Of a stretch of 64,000 bases of DNA, positions 1-9,725 are shown piece by piece. The translations under genes and the position numbers were made by a program. Positions within the stretch are counted from its first letter, which is position 1. Every line of letters begins with the position of its first letter. Origin of the DNA: an uncultured Formosa sp. GTDB lineage: Bacteria > Bacteroidota > Bacteroidia > Flavobacteriales > Flavobacteriaceae. Location: NCBI RefSeq assembly GCF_947500765.1, contig NZ_CANMTH010000011.1:14968-78967 (forward strand), in the 5' to 3' direction. Under the pieces are notes generated by a model, which was not told the DNA's origin, did not search any database, and worked only from the letters and a program-made list of their open reading frames with translations.

Positions 1-82
1 ATTATAACTCGACTTTTCATTTCTAGACAAATACCTATATTGATATATTGATTCTAATTTATTTATAATTCTTCTAAACATC

Positions 83-1021
83 TTACCAATATCTTAAAGG
101 TCTCCCTATTAAAGTCTCTAGTTCTTCATTATATTTCTTATAATAATCTTGTAAAAATAATTTTACACTTTCATTGTCTAAATTTTTATTATTGTTACGT
201 TTTGAATATTTATAAAAGCCCATAAAATATCTTCTATAAATTTCTCGTTTACTTTTATTTTTAGTCATTCTTACAATAACACCTTCAACTATACGCTCCC
301 AAAGATCAAATATTTTACTTAATATAAGTGTTTTTGCAAAAGCCCTTCTTTCAAGTAATTTTTCTTTATTAGAATGAATAGGGTTAAGTTTTATTAATTC
401 TTCTTGTTTAATTTCCAAAAAATTACAAATTGAGCTAATTTCTACTTCATAATCATTTATTAATTCTTCTAAAATAACAACTTTTACTTTTTCTTTAGGA
501 ATATACTTATAAAATTCTTTTATTGATTTTGCATAGCACCCTCGTGCCTTATATTGTAAGTGTAAACGTTCCCAATTTGATAACTCTGTATTATCTTCTC
601 TATCTATAGATCCACGAAAACTTAGTGTTTCACGCCCTTTTGACAGCTCATTAAAATAATGGCTCTCTGCTCGTACTACTGGATTTCTTAAAACAATTAA
701 AAATTTAGTGTTAGGTAAAAATTTAGCAAGTCTTTTATGAGAAGGTTTCCACCATAATAAATCTGCATCTTTTTGACCTAAGAGTTTAGCTTGATCTGGA
801 AAAAGTTTCCAATAATCTAAAATATTATGATAGTCATCCCAATCTTGTAATTTTGAATCACTTGGAGGTTCCTTAGAGAACAATTCTGGTTCAATAAAAA
901 AATCAAAATCAGAAATATTTAACATTGCTATTTCAGAATGTTTACATAATAAATCATAGAGTGTAGTAGTTCCTGATCGTCTTTCTCCAACTATAATAAA
1001 ATGTGGTTTATTTATTTTCAT
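83..1021 (-). CDS. PAPS-dependent sulfotransferase (Sulfotransfer_1/3 type)
   Basis: 5'-PSB loop IIVGERRSGTTTLY and 3'-PB motif LRNPVVRAES; last visible gene of the glycan operon. Confidence 0.85.
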   Translation of the reverse strand: MKINKPHFIIVGERRSGTTTLYDLLCKHSEIAMLNISDFDFFIEPELFSKEPPSDSKLQDWDDYHNILDYWKLFPDQAKLLGQKDADLLWWKPSHKRLAKFLPNTKFLIVLRNPVVRAESHYFNELSKGRETLSFRGSIDREDNTELSNWERLHLQYKARGCYAKSIKEFYKYIPKEKVKVVILEELINDYEVEISSICNFLEIKQEELIKLNPIHSNKEKLLERRAFAKTLILSKIFDLWERIVEGVIVRMTKNKSKREIYRRYFMGFYKYSKRNNNKNLDNESVKLFLQDYYKKYNEELETLIGRPLRYW

Positions 1022-1030
1022 ATTTAAGCA

Positions 1031-2152
1031 TTAATGCACACTTTGTTTTTCAATATTAAGAATTTCTGTAATTTTATTACGCCACTCAACCAAATCGTAT
1101 ATCTTTTTAGGAATATTAGATAAATAGGGGTTTTCTAAATCATTATTAATATAGGTTTTAAGCGAAATATCAATTGCATCAATCCAAGAATTTTCAAAGT
1201 TAGGATTATCTACAAGTTGACCATAATTACCATCTCCTAAAATTTCAGAATTTGGACCTAAATCGGAGGCAATACAATAGCACCCACTCTTTAAAGCTTC
1301 TGTTAATGATAAAGAATGTCCTTCATAACATAATGTAGGAAACAAATAAAAATTGGAAAGGTTATAGTATTTAGGCAATTCTTTATTTGGAATAACACCT
1401 AATGTAGTTACATTTTGTGTATTAAAATTCTGCTTAGTACCAATAATTAGTAACTCTACATCTTTATGTTTCTTAATGATTTTTTCCCATGCTTTTAGGA
1501 TAAGGTGAAGCCCCTTCTTTTTTCTATCTTGTGATAACCATAGAAAATATTTTTTATCAGAATCAAACCCCATACTTTTCTGTAGTTCTTTTCTTTCACT
1601 TACACTAATCTTTTTAAATAAATTAGAGTCTACGCCATTATATAATTGCTTTATTCTGCAAGGTATTGCATGTACGTTTAACAACTGCATTTTATAAGAA
1701 GCCTTAGTAAGAACAACTAATAAATCTATGGCACTAAAAAAATCTTGTTTTTTTTCTGGACTTAAATAATAATTATGGCCATGTTGTAAAAAAACAATTT
1801 TTACAGCTTTCCTTTTACCTCTTTTTTTTAGGTGATAATCCACTGCAAGTAATACCCCGTAATTATCTACTATTGTAATTACAATCTGTTCTTCAGTTTT
1901 AAATATTTTTTCAATAGCAAGAATATAATCTCTGTATCTATAGAATTTTATAAACTTATTTAATAGCTTAGAATGTCTATATCCCTTTATATTAATATGT
2001 TTATGAGATAAAAAATTCTCATTCTCAATGGGACAGATTATATAATCAAAAATGCTATTATCATTTTCATTTAAATCTGTTATCATACGTTTCCAACTTC
2101 CAATAGTCTTTGTAGGTATAGAATTATGTGATATTAAAACGTTTTTAATCAT
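1031..2152 (-). CDS. Glycosyltransferase family 4 (GT-B)
   Basis: RKKKGLHLILKAW, then FLFPTLCYEGHSLSLTEALKSGCYCIASDLG (E-x7-E motif). Confidence 0.9.
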   Translation of the reverse strand: MIKNVLISHNSIPTKTIGSWKRMITDLNENDNSIFDYIICPIENENFLSHKHINIKGYRHSKLLNKFIKFYRYRDYILAIEKIFKTEEQIVITIVDNYGVLLAVDYHLKKRGKRKAVKIVFLQHGHNYYLSPEKKQDFFSAIDLLVVLTKASYKMQLLNVHAIPCRIKQLYNGVDSNLFKKISVSERKELQKSMGFDSDKKYFLWLSQDRKKKGLHLILKAWEKIIKKHKDVELLIIGTKQNFNTQNVTTLGVIPNKELPKYYNLSNFYLFPTLCYEGHSLSLTEALKSGCYCIASDLGPNSEILGDGNYGQLVDNPNFENSWIDAIDISLKTYINNDLENPYLSNIPKKIYDLVEWRNKITEILNIEKQSVH

Positions 2153-2190
2153 TATGTATTATAGGTGTTGATATATTTAAATTATGTATA

Positions 2191-3201
2191 CTATTTTAAA
2201 AATGAAAATCCTTTTCTAAATAATACAATTACAATTATAACTATGTGTAATTTTATTTTGTGTACAGAACTATTAGAAAATCTATCAATAATAGTATTCA
2301 CTTGTGTTTTATATTTTTTAGCAAGTCTTAATCTAACTTTTAATTTTCTTTGGAGTATTAACATTTCATAAAAAGCTTGTAACGTCTTTTTATGGGTTAT
2401 CTTCTCATAAGGCTTAACAAACCTTGGAGATAAGCCTTTAGTGTTTTGAGCTGTAAAATAATGATAATCAAAAACAGCTTCAAGCTTCTTTAAGGTTAGG
2501 GTTTTCTTTGCTGAAATTCTATCATCACCTCTACGAATTAAAAATAAAAAATCTGGTTCATAGAACTTAAAATTAAGATCTTCTATCAACATTCTGAAAT
2601 GGAATTCTGTATCTTGTAATTTTATCCTACTTTCATCATACAACAATTTAGTACTTAAAAATGATTTTTTCCATAAAGGTCCATGAGTAATAAAAAACAT
2701 TTTAGAAGAAACATAATCTATCAAATAATTATCTCCATTTAATTTAGGTTTACGTATTTCAAATACAGTCTTATCCAACTCAAAATAAGCCCCATAACCC
2801 AATACTGCATCCAAGTTTGAATTAGTCTTAAAGATTTCTAATTTACTCGATAAGAAATTTGGAAGCATTAAATCATCACTATCAAACCAATTTACATATT
2901 CACCTTTACTTAACTCGAACCCATAATTACGGGCGGCATTACCCCCTGCGAGGCGATTTCTTGGTCTCTGATGATATTGAATTCTCGAATCTTTTTTGCA
3001 ATAGGTATCTACAACTTGAACTGTGTTATCCGTACTACCATCATCCACAATGATACATTCCCAATTTGTATAAACTTGAGCCAATACCGCATCTAAAGTT
3101 TCCTCTATAAGATGGGCTCTATTGTAAGTTGGAATGATTATTGAAACTAAAGGAAGGTCACCCATATATTTTACTCTTTGGAAACTAATATTATTAAGCA
3201 A
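2191..3201 (-). CDS. Glycosyltransferase family 2 (GT-A)
   Basis: VSIIIPTYNRAHLI, CIIVDDGSTD, ARNYG, WFDSDD; likely start at MGDLPLVS. Confidence 0.9.
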   Translation of the reverse strand: MLNNISFQRVKYMGDLPLVSIIIPTYNRAHLIEETLDAVLAQVYTNWECIIVDDGSTDNTVQVVDTYCKKDSRIQYHQRPRNRLAGGNAARNYGFELSKGEYVNWFDSDDLMLPNFLSSKLEIFKTNSNLDAVLGYGAYFELDKTVFEIRKPKLNGDNYLIDYVSSKMFFITHGPLWKKSFLSTKLLYDESRIKLQDTEFHFRMLIEDLNFKFYEPDFLFLIRRGDDRISAKKTLTLKKLEAVFDYHYFTAQNTKGLSPRFVKPYEKITHKKTLQAFYEMLILQRKLKVRLRLAKKYKTQVNTIIDRFSNSSVHKIKLHIVIIVIVLFRKGFSFLK

Positions 3202-3220
3202 ATAAAAAATAATACTTGTT

Positions 3221-4318
3221 TTAAACTAAATCATTAATATTTTTTTGCAAAGCACCTATATGTCTATCTAAAGAAAAATAATTCAAAATATTCAATCTCC
3301 CTAATTCTCCCATTTGTCTTGCTTTTTCTGGATCACCCAACATAAACAACATATTTTCAACCATTTGCATAACATCATGCTCATCACTCAATAATCCTGT
3401 CTTTCCATCAATAATTACGTCTGGAATACCCGCATGCTTTGTTGAAATCACAGGTACCCCTGCTGCACTTGCTTCTAAAACAGCTAAAGGTGTTCCTTCC
3501 ATATCTCCAGAATTAGCAGTTATAGAATGTTGCACAAAAGCTAAACTCTCTCCTAAATAATTCTGAAATTCTTTAGGTGTAATAACACCTAAAAACGTTA
3601 CGTTATTCTTAAGCTTTAAGTGATTAACCAAATTAAAACATGTCTCTAATAAAATTCCCTTTCCGGCTAACAAAAGTTTTGCATCCGGATACATTTTAAC
3701 AACTTCTCTAAAGGCTAGTATTAAATAATAAGGAGCCTTTTTATCTACAAAACGCCCAATTCCTATAAACTGTTGTTTATCAAAATTAGTGTTTACGTTA
3801 AAAAAATCTGAATTAGGTCCGTAAGTGTTCAATTCTAATTTTTCTAAAGGACATCCTAGTTGAGATAATTTTTCTAACATTACTTTTGATACTGCAATAA
3901 TTTTATTAGATAATTGAAATATTTCTTCATACTTATTACAATGATCTATGACCAACTGACTACTAGCATCTACACCATGGAAATGCACAATAATTGGTAT
4001 TCTTAACTGCTTTAAAACGTTCTTTAAATAAAAAGCATGATTACCATACTCAACCAAAATTATATCTATTTTATAATCTTTTAAAGCTCTTAATAGAACT
4101 TGTTCCCAAGCATATCCATAATGTTTACCAAGAACTTTACTTTTTAACTTCAAAAAATTATAATAAGATTGATTTGCTAATTCTCCTATCCCCTCTAATT
4201 GTATATTAAATCCACCTCCATAGAAATAGAATACATTCCCTTTTAAATAGTTTTTATGAGCTTGTATAAAGGTCTCTGAATATGGATTTTGAGACGGTGA
4301 AAAAATGGCTATATTCAT
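3221..4318 (-). CDS. Glycosyltransferase family 4
   Basis: HFHGVD, GRFVDKKAP, DMEGTPLAVLEASAAGVPVISTKHAGIPD. Confidence 0.9.
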   Translation of the reverse strand: MNIAIFSPSQNPYSETFIQAHKNYLKGNVFYFYGGGFNIQLEGIGELANQSYYNFLKLKSKVLGKHYGYAWEQVLLRALKDYKIDIILVEYGNHAFYLKNVLKQLRIPIIVHFHGVDASSQLVIDHCNKYEEIFQLSNKIIAVSKVMLEKLSQLGCPLEKLELNTYGPNSDFFNVNTNFDKQQFIGIGRFVDKKAPYYLILAFREVVKMYPDAKLLLAGKGILLETCFNLVNHLKLKNNVTFLGVITPKEFQNYLGESLAFVQHSITANSGDMEGTPLAVLEASAAGVPVISTKHAGIPDVIIDGKTGLLSDEHDVMQMVENMLFMLGDPEKARQMGELGRLNILNYFSLDRHIGALQKNINDLV

Positions 4319-4339
4319 GGATTTTAAGATAATTGAATA

Positions 4340-5203
4340 CTATAAGTTATTCTTTATTTTTTTTAAAAGCATTTTAAACATATATAAAACTGATTTTTTA
4401 GTTTTAATTCGTTTTAGACAGTCTTTATGAAAGTTAATTGTTTTAATTATTTGTTCTTTTTCTCTCCCTTTTAGAAAATTATTGAAATATTGAAATAGAT
4501 TTATACGGCTTCTATGATAATCTAATTGTTTAACATTATTTGTTACTCCAGTAATATTCTTTCGGTACACACTCCAAGACTCATCAAATCTGAATAACTT
4601 ACCTTTAGAAGAAACTATAGTAAATACAGCCATATCTCCACTTTCTATATTAACCAACCAATCTGGCAAGACTAAAGCACTAGATTTAAACACAAAAGAA
4701 GCAGTATGAAATAACGCACGATTAGATAAAGTATCTTTTAAAAAAAAGATGTTCTTGTCATATTCTCTCCAAAGTTTAGGGATAGAATGTGGCTCTAACT
4801 CATTAATAAATTTAGTATTATGAAAACAACCTGAAAATTCATTGTTAACCTCTAAAAAATCTATCTGTTTTTGAAGTTTTAAAGAATCTGTCCAATAATC
4901 ATCTCCTTCACATAAAGCAACATACTTACCTTTACACTCGTTCAATGCCCATATAAAATTAGGCATCATCCCTTTATTGGTTTGATGTTTTATATACTTT
5001 ATCCAGTCTCCATTTTTATGCGTACTCTTAATTCCTTCTACAATTGTTTGAGTAGCATCTGGCGAACAGTCATCTGCAATTAGTAATTCTATTTCAAAAT
5101 CACAGTCCTGCATCAAAACACCTTCTATCGCCTCTTTTATATAATCCTCATGCCCATACGTAATCATGCATACGGATACTTTAAAATTCTGCTTAGTATT
5201 CAT
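4340..5203 (-). CDS. Glycosyltransferase family 2
   Basis: VSVCMITYGHEDYI, IADDCSPD, ALCEGDDYW. Confidence 0.9.
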   Translation of the reverse strand: MNTKQNFKVSVCMITYGHEDYIKEAIEGVLMQDCDFEIELLIADDCSPDATQTIVEGIKSTHKNGDWIKYIKHQTNKGMMPNFIWALNECKGKYVALCEGDDYWTDSLKLQKQIDFLEVNNEFSGCFHNTKFINELEPHSIPKLWREYDKNIFFLKDTLSNRALFHTASFVFKSSALVLPDWLVNIESGDMAVFTIVSSKGKLFRFDESWSVYRKNITGVTNNVKQLDYHRSRINLFQYFNNFLKGREKEQIIKTINFHKDCLKRIKTKKSVLYMFKMLLKKIKNNL

Positions 5204-5738
5204 CTATAAATTTTAAAAGACCTTGTTTTCTTGATTTGATTTTTTTTACGGGTATACCAGCATAAACAGACCAAGCATCTAGGTTTTTAGTAATTAAACT
5301 CATTGCTCCTGCTACAGCACCTTCATTAACAATTGCATTAGGTAGAATAGTTGAATTAGCACCTATTTGCGAATATTTATCTAAAAAAATTTCACCATTT
5401 ATTATATGATTATGAATTGGCTTAGTCATTGGGCTCATTAAAAAATCTCCATTAAAATCATCTGAAGCTGAAAATAAAGTACATCGTGGAGAAAGTCCAG
5501 AAAAATCTTTCATTACAATACCATATTTTCCATACAAAGCACAATAAGCAGAAATGTGTATATGAGAACCTAATGTTATTTTTCCTGATAAAATACAAAA
5601 ATCGTCAATCCTTACATGATTGCCAACAATTAGATTCTCAGGGTTATATATTCTAGCATACTTACTGATATAAACATTAGTACCAAAAGATTTTAACCCC
5701 AAATCCTTAAGCTCATTTATTGAATAAAAAGAATTCAT
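5193..5738 (-). CDS. vioB: Hexapeptide-repeat acetyltransferase, VioB-like (dTDP-4-amino-4,6-dideoxyglucose N-acetyltransferase)
   Basis: ELKDLGLKSFGTNVYISK...VRIDDFCILSG left-handed beta-helix pattern as in VioB; overlaps the stop of the VioA-like gene. Confidence 0.6.
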   Translation of the reverse strand: MNSFYSINELKDLGLKSFGTNVYISKYARIYNPENLIVGNHVRIDDFCILSGKITLGSHIHISAYCALYGKYGIVMKDFSGLSPRCTLFSASDDFNGDFLMSPMTKPIHNHIINGEIFLDKYSQIGANSTILPNAIVNEGAVAGAMSLITKNLDAWSVYAGIPVKKIKSRKQGLLKFIDEY

Positions 5739-6796
5739 ATTAAAAATTTAGAAATTTGAAGAATTGTATTTCTTTCCATACAAGCCCATAATGGCAAACA
5801 TAAAATACGAGCACTTATACTTTCACTTATTTTACAATCATCTCCATTAATATAAGGTAAACAATTCAAACTAGGATAAAAATAACGTCTAGGATAAATG
5901 TTCTGTAAATTCATGCTTTTTTGTACTTGTAGCAACTCTTCCTCAGAATTAAATATTATTGGATAATAACTATTATTCCATATCGTATTTTCTCTTATTT
6001 TTAATTTCTTAACAGCTGAATATTTCAATAATTCATCATATAATTCAACAGCAGAATTTCGCGTTTGCATTATCTCCTCAATATAAGGTAAAACAGCAAG
6101 TCCCATAGCAGCCTGTGGTTCGCTCATTTTAGCATTAATACCCAATCCTTGAAAGGCTTCAGGTCCATCATGTCCAAAATTATGATGATAAAACATATCG
6201 TTATAATATTCTGGTTTGCAAAACAAAGCTCCGCCTTCTCCAGTATGAAATAATTTTGTTGCATGAAAACTACATGTACTCACATCTCCATATTCAAAAA
6301 TAGATTTCCCTTTATAAGTAACACCAAAGCAATGGGCTGCATCATATATTACTTTAAGACCATATTTATCTGCAATAGTTTGAATAACATCAATATTACA
6401 TGGATTTCCGAAAACATGGGTTGCTAGTATTGCGGATGTATTAGGTGTTATTGCGGCCTCGATCTTGGTTTCATCAATCGTTAAATATTCTGGATGAATA
6501 TCTACATAGACTGGCGTACAACCTTCCCAAACAATACTACTTGTTGTAGCTACATAACTAAATGGAGTTGTTATAATTTCACCTTTTAATTTCAAAGCTT
6601 TAATAGCTATCTGCAAAGGCAAAGTACCATTTGTCATAGCTATAATGTTAGTTACAGACAGTACATCTTTTAAATCACTTTCTAATTGCTTAACTAAAAC
6701 ACCTCGATTGGTCATCCATCCTGTACTCCATGCGCGCTTTAATATCTCTTGATACTCCACTTGTGGAGGTAAAAAGGTTTTAGTAACATTTATCAT
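5735..6796 (-). CDS. vioA: DegT/DnrJ/EryC1/StrS aminotransferase, VioA-like
   Basis: ITTPFSYVAT, YDAAHCFG, SFHATKLFHTGEGG (PLP lysine), GINAKMSE. Confidence 0.7.
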   Translation of the reverse strand: MINVTKTFLPPQVEYQEILKRAWSTGWMTNRGVLVKQLESDLKDVLSVTNIIAMTNGTLPLQIAIKALKLKGEIITTPFSYVATTSSIVWEGCTPVYVDIHPEYLTIDETKIEAAITPNTSAILATHVFGNPCNIDVIQTIADKYGLKVIYDAAHCFGVTYKGKSIFEYGDVSTCSFHATKLFHTGEGGALFCKPEYYNDMFYHHNFGHDGPEAFQGLGINAKMSEPQAAMGLAVLPYIEEIMQTRNSAVELYDELLKYSAVKKLKIRENTIWNNSYYPIIFNSEEELLQVQKSMNLQNIYPRRYFYPSLNCLPYINGDDCKISESISARILCLPLWACMERNTILQISKFLI

Positions 6797-6808
6797 CTAA
6801 TCAATAAA

Positions 6809-8068
6809 TTATAAATTTTCCCATTTAAACATAGGTTTTATATAACCAGGTTCTTTACCCATATAACTTCCAATTTCTAAATCACCGTTAATTACTGTAA
6901 AACTCAATATATTATCTTCAACCCATACTGCTCGTTTTCCATCCTTAACGAAAAAGAATTTAAGAAAGAATGTTCCAGGGTTAAAAAAATAGGCAGGAAC
7001 AATAGTTTTTAAGTGATTTTTACCTTTATTTAATTTTATTTCAGTTTTTAAATGATGAAAACTGAATAGAGTATCACCTTCATCGTTTATTAAATGGAAA
7101 GTGACATGATATTTTTCAGGTTCACTATCAATATTTAATATTGTTTCTAAAACTATTTCTTCAGACTCTACAATAACAGCTTCATTATCTCTATTAAGAT
7201 TGCGTAATCCTATTTCTAAAAGTTCAAAAACTCCATCTTGTTTTAAATCACTAAACTTCCTAACGTTGTTAATTATAACATTTCCTGATTTTAAATAAAA
7301 ATTCACAGCTTCTTCTGTTCCGCCTTCAAAAACAGTTTTGCCATTTTCAAGGACAATGGCTCGGGTACATAAATTCTTAACCGCAGCCATATTATGACTC
7401 ACAAACAACACAGTTCTCCCATCTCCCTTACTTATGTCTTGCATCTTCCCAATGGCCTTCTTTTGAAATTCAGCATCACCCACGGCCAGTACCTCATCTA
7501 TCACTAAAATATCGGGCTCTAAAAAAGCCGCTACAGCAAAAGCTAAACGTACACGCATCCCAGAAGAATAGCGTTTTACAGGCGTATCTACATAGCGTTC
7601 GCACCCACTAAAGTCTATAATCTCGTCTTCTTTGGCTTTTATTTCAACCTTAGTCATTCCTAGAATGGCTCCGTTTAAGTAAATATTTTCACGCCCCGTT
7701 AATTCCGGATGAAACCCTGTACCCACTTCTAATAAACTAGCAATACGGCCACGGGTTTTGATTTCTCCTGTGGTTGGGCTGGTTACCCGCGACAAGATTT
7801 TTAATAAAGTCGATTTTCCTGCACCGTTTTTACCAATGATTCCTAAGACTTCGCCTTGTTGCACTTCAAAATTAATATCTTTAAGTGCCCAAGCATATGC
7901 ACTCTTACCTTTACTACTACGATCGTTAACTTCTCCAATCTTTAAATACGGATCTTCCTTTCCTCGAATACGATGCCACCAACGGTTTAAATCGTGACTA
8001 ATAGTACCTGTACCTATCAATCCTAGGCGGTATTGTTTACTTATATTTTCTGCTTTAAGGATGATCAT
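6809..8068 (-). CDS. wzt: Polysaccharide ABC transporter ATPase with C-terminal Wzt carbohydrate-binding extension
   Basis: GKNGAGKST, LLEVGTGFHPELTGRENI, YSSGMRVRLAF, DEVLAVGD, VSH; about 160-aa C-terminal beta-rich domain. Confidence 0.93.
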   Translation of the reverse strand: MIILKAENISKQYRLGLIGTGTISHDLNRWWHRIRGKEDPYLKIGEVNDRSSKGKSAYAWALKDINFEVQQGEVLGIIGKNGAGKSTLLKILSRVTSPTTGEIKTRGRIASLLEVGTGFHPELTGRENIYLNGAILGMTKVEIKAKEDEIIDFSGCERYVDTPVKRYSSGMRVRLAFAVAAFLEPDILVIDEVLAVGDAEFQKKAIGKMQDISKGDGRTVLFVSHNMAAVKNLCTRAIVLENGKTVFEGGTEEAVNFYLKSGNVIINNVRKFSDLKQDGVFELLEIGLRNLNRDNEAVIVESEEIVLETILNIDSEPEKYHVTFHLINDEGDTLFSFHHLKTEIKLNKGKNHLKTIVPAYFFNPGTFFLKFFFVKDGKRAVWVEDNILSFTVINGDLEIGSYMGKEPGYIKPMFKWENL

Positions 8069-8148
8069 TACTTATAATGGGTTGTATTGGTTTTTGGTCA
8101 TTTACTAACGTTTACAGACTATAGTAGCCCGTCTACCAAAATAATGGG

Positions 8149-8156
8149 CTAATATA
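8149..8156 (-). promoter_or_regulatory. Putative -7 promoter element (TATATTAG) for wzt
   Basis: One-base variant of Bacteroidota TAnnTTTG about 80 bp upstream of wzt; the same variant lies upstream of wzm (13376-13383). Confidence 0.4.
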
Positions 8157-8291
8157 ATAAAAGCATACGACTTAAAAGTTTTGAATTATTATTAATTCTA
8201 GGACTTAAAAATTCACCGCTTAAAAAAAATCCCCCACAAAACGGTATCATAAAATCAACTGAAATACAGCACAAAAAAAAACCCCATAGAA

Positions 8292-8650
8292 CTGTCAAGC
8301 ATAGCAAGGCACGCAGCGAAGCATCTCATCAATAAAACCTAAATCATGAAACCAACTGTCATGCAGAGCGAAGAGCAACGAAGCGAAGCATCTCACGAAC
8401 AAAACCACAAATCACAAAACCAACTGTCATGCAGAGCGCAGCGAAGCATCTCTCCAATAGAACCTAAATTAAAACATCTAGTAAATAAGATTCCTCCTAC
8501 CGTCGGAATGACATTGAAACCCAAATCATGAAACCATCTGTCATGCAGAGCAAAGCGAAGCATCTCTCCAATAGAACCTAAATCACAAAACCAACTGTCA
8601 TGCAAAGCGAAGAGCAACGAAGCGAAGCATCTCTCCAATAGCACCTAAAT
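8292..8650 (+). repeat. REP-like palindrome array I (about 5 TGTCATGC..GCATCTC units plus one inverted GTCATTCC..GGAATCT unit)
   Basis: Repeated CTGTCATGCAGAGCGCAGCGAAGCATCTC-type cores separated by about 30-bp AC-rich, mutually similar linkers. Confidence 0.92.
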
Positions 8651-8663
8651 TACTTTTAACAAC

Positions 8664-8888
8664 TCACCATTTCACCAACTTACCATTAACCACCCGACTA
8701 AGCAAAGCCCGTAACACATCATCATAAGGCACTTTAAAATACTCACTATACTCCCGAATAGTAACCTGTTTTCGATTAACAATATTATATTCCTGACGAA
8801 TATCTTGTATGTATCGCTTAGCCGTTTTGTTACAAACCCCCATAAGGATTGCAACATCATTACTATTTAAAAACATACGATATCCCAT
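8664..8888 (-). CDS. Small (about 70-74 aa) putative helix-turn-helix DNA-binding protein
   Basis: LNSNDVAILMGVCNKTAKRYIQDIRQEY...QVTIREYSEYFKVPYDDVL fits an excisionase/MerR-like HTH pattern; start moved from 8984 to the ATG at 8888 (or 8876). Confidence 0.6.
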   Translation of the reverse strand: MGYRMFLNSNDVAILMGVCNKTAKRYIQDIRQEYNIVNRKQVTIREYSEYFKVPYDDVLRALLSRVVNGKLVKW

Positions 8889-9306
8889 TCTGTATAACAC
8901 TTTATACCATTGCCATGTATTATTATATTTTAACGAAATAACCTCTAATATGAACCACCAACTCCACTGAAAGTAAAACATCACAACCCAATAAAAAGAG
9001 AAAATGAACTAATGCAAACCCAAATTCAAGTGAGGAAAACATGCGAAGACCTTGAAGACTAAAACCCACAACACACTCATAATAAGACGATTATTATTTT
9101 TTTCAACACAATAAAAGTGCCATAAATAAAAAAACGAAGTAAATACTTGCAATAAAATGCATTTTAATCCTACAATACACTTAAAAAAATCGGTAGCTCC
9201 ATCGCCACTAAATCAGCTATATCACTGACCTAAACGCTATAATAAAGCATCTGAGAGACGCCGTTTAAAAAAAAAGGATAAAATAATAAATCAAGGCTTT
9301 ACTACA

Positions 9307-9350
9307 GATACGTCATATCAAAGCCATACCAAAGCCATAGATACCTTATG
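9307..9350. repeat. Four 11-bp tandem units
   Basis: GATACGTCATA TCAAAGCCATA CCAAAGCCATA GATACCTTATG. Confidence 0.6.
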
Positions 9351-9390
9351 GGGAGTATATGAAAACCTATAGCCCACAGCATGATAAAAT

Positions 9391-9490
9391 CTAGAAAAAA
9401 CAGGAATAAACAGGAATAAACAGGAGGATATAGGACGATATAGGAAATTCTAATACGAAATAAGAAATTGTAAGAACATTAAGGAACCTT
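9391..9490. repeat. Phased 10-bp repeat tract (about 10 units)
   Basis: (C/T)AGGAA or TAAGAA-like motif starting at 9401, 9411, 9421, 9431, 9441, 9461, 9471 and 9481. Confidence 0.7.
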
Positions 9491-9725
9491 TTAAAAAACG
9501 ATAAAGCTCTTATTGTAATTTAGAACTAAGAGATCGCATAAACCCATGTATTGTTGAATAACATGTAAGCATTAGCCAAACGCATCCCGGGGACCTACAT
9601 AGGTTTATAGATCATAAGTTTTAACCGCAGGTTGTAGCACATCGAAATGCACAAAACAGCTAAAATCACGCATGAGTTTGTGGCTAAAATTCAACAGTTA
9701 TAACCTGCATAAATTTTATAAGATC

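Noticed and set aside
1741-9275. A/T homopolymers of 8-9 nt as phase-variation tracts
   Set aside because: Expected by chance at this AT content; no frameshifted genes seen
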